Source: Gammaproteobacteria bacterium (lineage in GTDB: Bacteria; Pseudomonadota; Gammaproteobacteria; JACCYU01). From it: a stretch of DNA of 64,000 nucleotides. The notes beneath the pieces are model-generated. The model saw nothing but the letters and a program-made list of their open reading frames with translations, had not been told where the DNA came from and searched no databases. The stretch is from NCBI GenBank assembly GCA_036259115.1, contig DATACK010000339.1, positions 4,997 through 68,996 on the forward strand, given 5' to 3'. Made by a program: the position numbers and the translations under genes. Each line of letters starts with the position of its first letter. The stretch's first letter is position 1. Shown here piece by piece: positions 63,333-64,000 of this stretch.

Positions 63333-64000
63333 TGTTATCTCGTCTCGTCCAAACGCTGGTCTTGACCGGCGCGCTGTTGTTGTTTGTCAGTACTGTTCAG
63401 GCGGTATCCTTTGTGGTTCGAGACATCGAGCTGCAAGGCCTGGAGCGTATCGAGCCCGGCACGGTATTTACTTATTTGCCGATCCAGGTAGGCGACCGGT
63501 ACGCCAGCGCACGCGGCGCAGAGATTATACACACGCTGTATGCCACGGGATTTTTCAGCGATATCTCGCTGCGCCGCCGAGGCAATGTACTGATCGTCGA
63601 GCTTAGGGAGCGCCCTTCTATCAACGAGATCAAGTTCAAGGGCAATGAAGACATATCCGATGATGACTTGACCGAGGCGTTGAAGAGCGTAGGGATCGCC
63701 AAAGGCGGGGTATTCAACCGTTCGGTGCTGGAGCGGCTTAAGACTGAACTGATGCAGCAGTATCTCGCGCGCGGCAATTATACTGCCAGTATAGAGACTA
63801 AGGTGACCGAGCTTCCGCGTAACCGCGTTAATATCAATATCAACATTTCCGAGGGCGAGGTTGCAAGGATCAAGCGCGTCAACATCGTCGGTAACAAAGA
63901 CTTTACCGAGTCGGAACTTGAGGAGGATTTTCAATCCGGTATCCCCCCCTGGTGGGCCTTTTTCAGCAGTCGCGACAAGTACTCGAAGGAAAAGTTGACA
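63333..64000 (+). CDS. bamA: Outer-membrane protein assembly factor BamA, 3'-truncated by the window edge.
   Basis: GTG start immediately after the rseP stop. The frame is open to the window end. It shows a signal peptide and a POTRA1-like sequence FVVRDIELQGLERIEPGTVFTYLPIQVGDRY. Not listed in the ORF track because no stop lies in the window. Confidence 0.8.

Overview
The window is 64 kb of a moderately GC-rich gammaproteobacterial chromosome, gene-dense on both strands. Almost everything in it is conserved core metabolism or housekeeping in recognisable synteny.

Gene order, start to end:
- 1-7.4 kb: a glycan-biosynthesis segment with a GDP-mannose 6-dehydrogenase (AlgD-like), a GT4 glycosyltransferase, a WecA/MraY-family phospho-sugar transferase with a long C-terminal extension, a stand-alone APS kinase (cysC), a SAM methyltransferase, an MBL-fold hydrolase and an RraA-family protein.
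- 7.8-13.9 kb: a class III polyhydroxyalkanoate locus, with a phaB-like reductase, phaR, phaB and phaA on the minus strand, divergent from phaE-phaC.
- 14-18.5 kb: the glyoxylate shunt genes aceB and aceA, followed directly by an isocitrate dehydrogenase (icd).
- 18.5-23.5 kb: ppsR/ppsA, a small CbiX chelatase, a metallophosphoesterase and a small hypothetical protein.
- 23.5-27 kb: tRNA-Ser(GGA), SRP RNA (ffs), then dnaX-ybaB-recR.
- 27-35.3 kb: a second Icd paralog fused to a CBS-domain pair, then qor, a HIT protein, a small cytochrome c, an M48 peptidase, orn, a rhodanese sulfurtransferase and nadB.
- 35.4-47.4 kb: rpoE-rseA-rseB-degP(mucD), lepA-lepB, rnc-era-recO-pdxJ, cysM and an RNase-H-fold exonuclease-like protein.
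- 47.5-55.4 kb, minus strand: dapE, a hypothetical protein, dapD, a dapC-like aminotransferase, glnD and map.
- 55.7-64 kb: rpsB-tsf-pyrH-frr-uppS-cdsA-dxr-rseP and the 5' end of bamA.

I found no CRISPR array, no recognisable mobile element and no obvious defence system.

Points worth a second look:
- The two-icd arrangement, with one copy fused to CBS domains and no aceK in the window.
- The non-alginate GDP-mannuronate glycan gene set with an adjacent cysC.
- The extended WecA-like protein.
- Two ORF-poor intervals, lepB-rnc and dapE-dapD.
- A degenerate tRNA-Ser 5' fragment next to the intact tRNA.

All functional calls rest on remembered family motifs and synteny read from the translations. 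No database search was possible.
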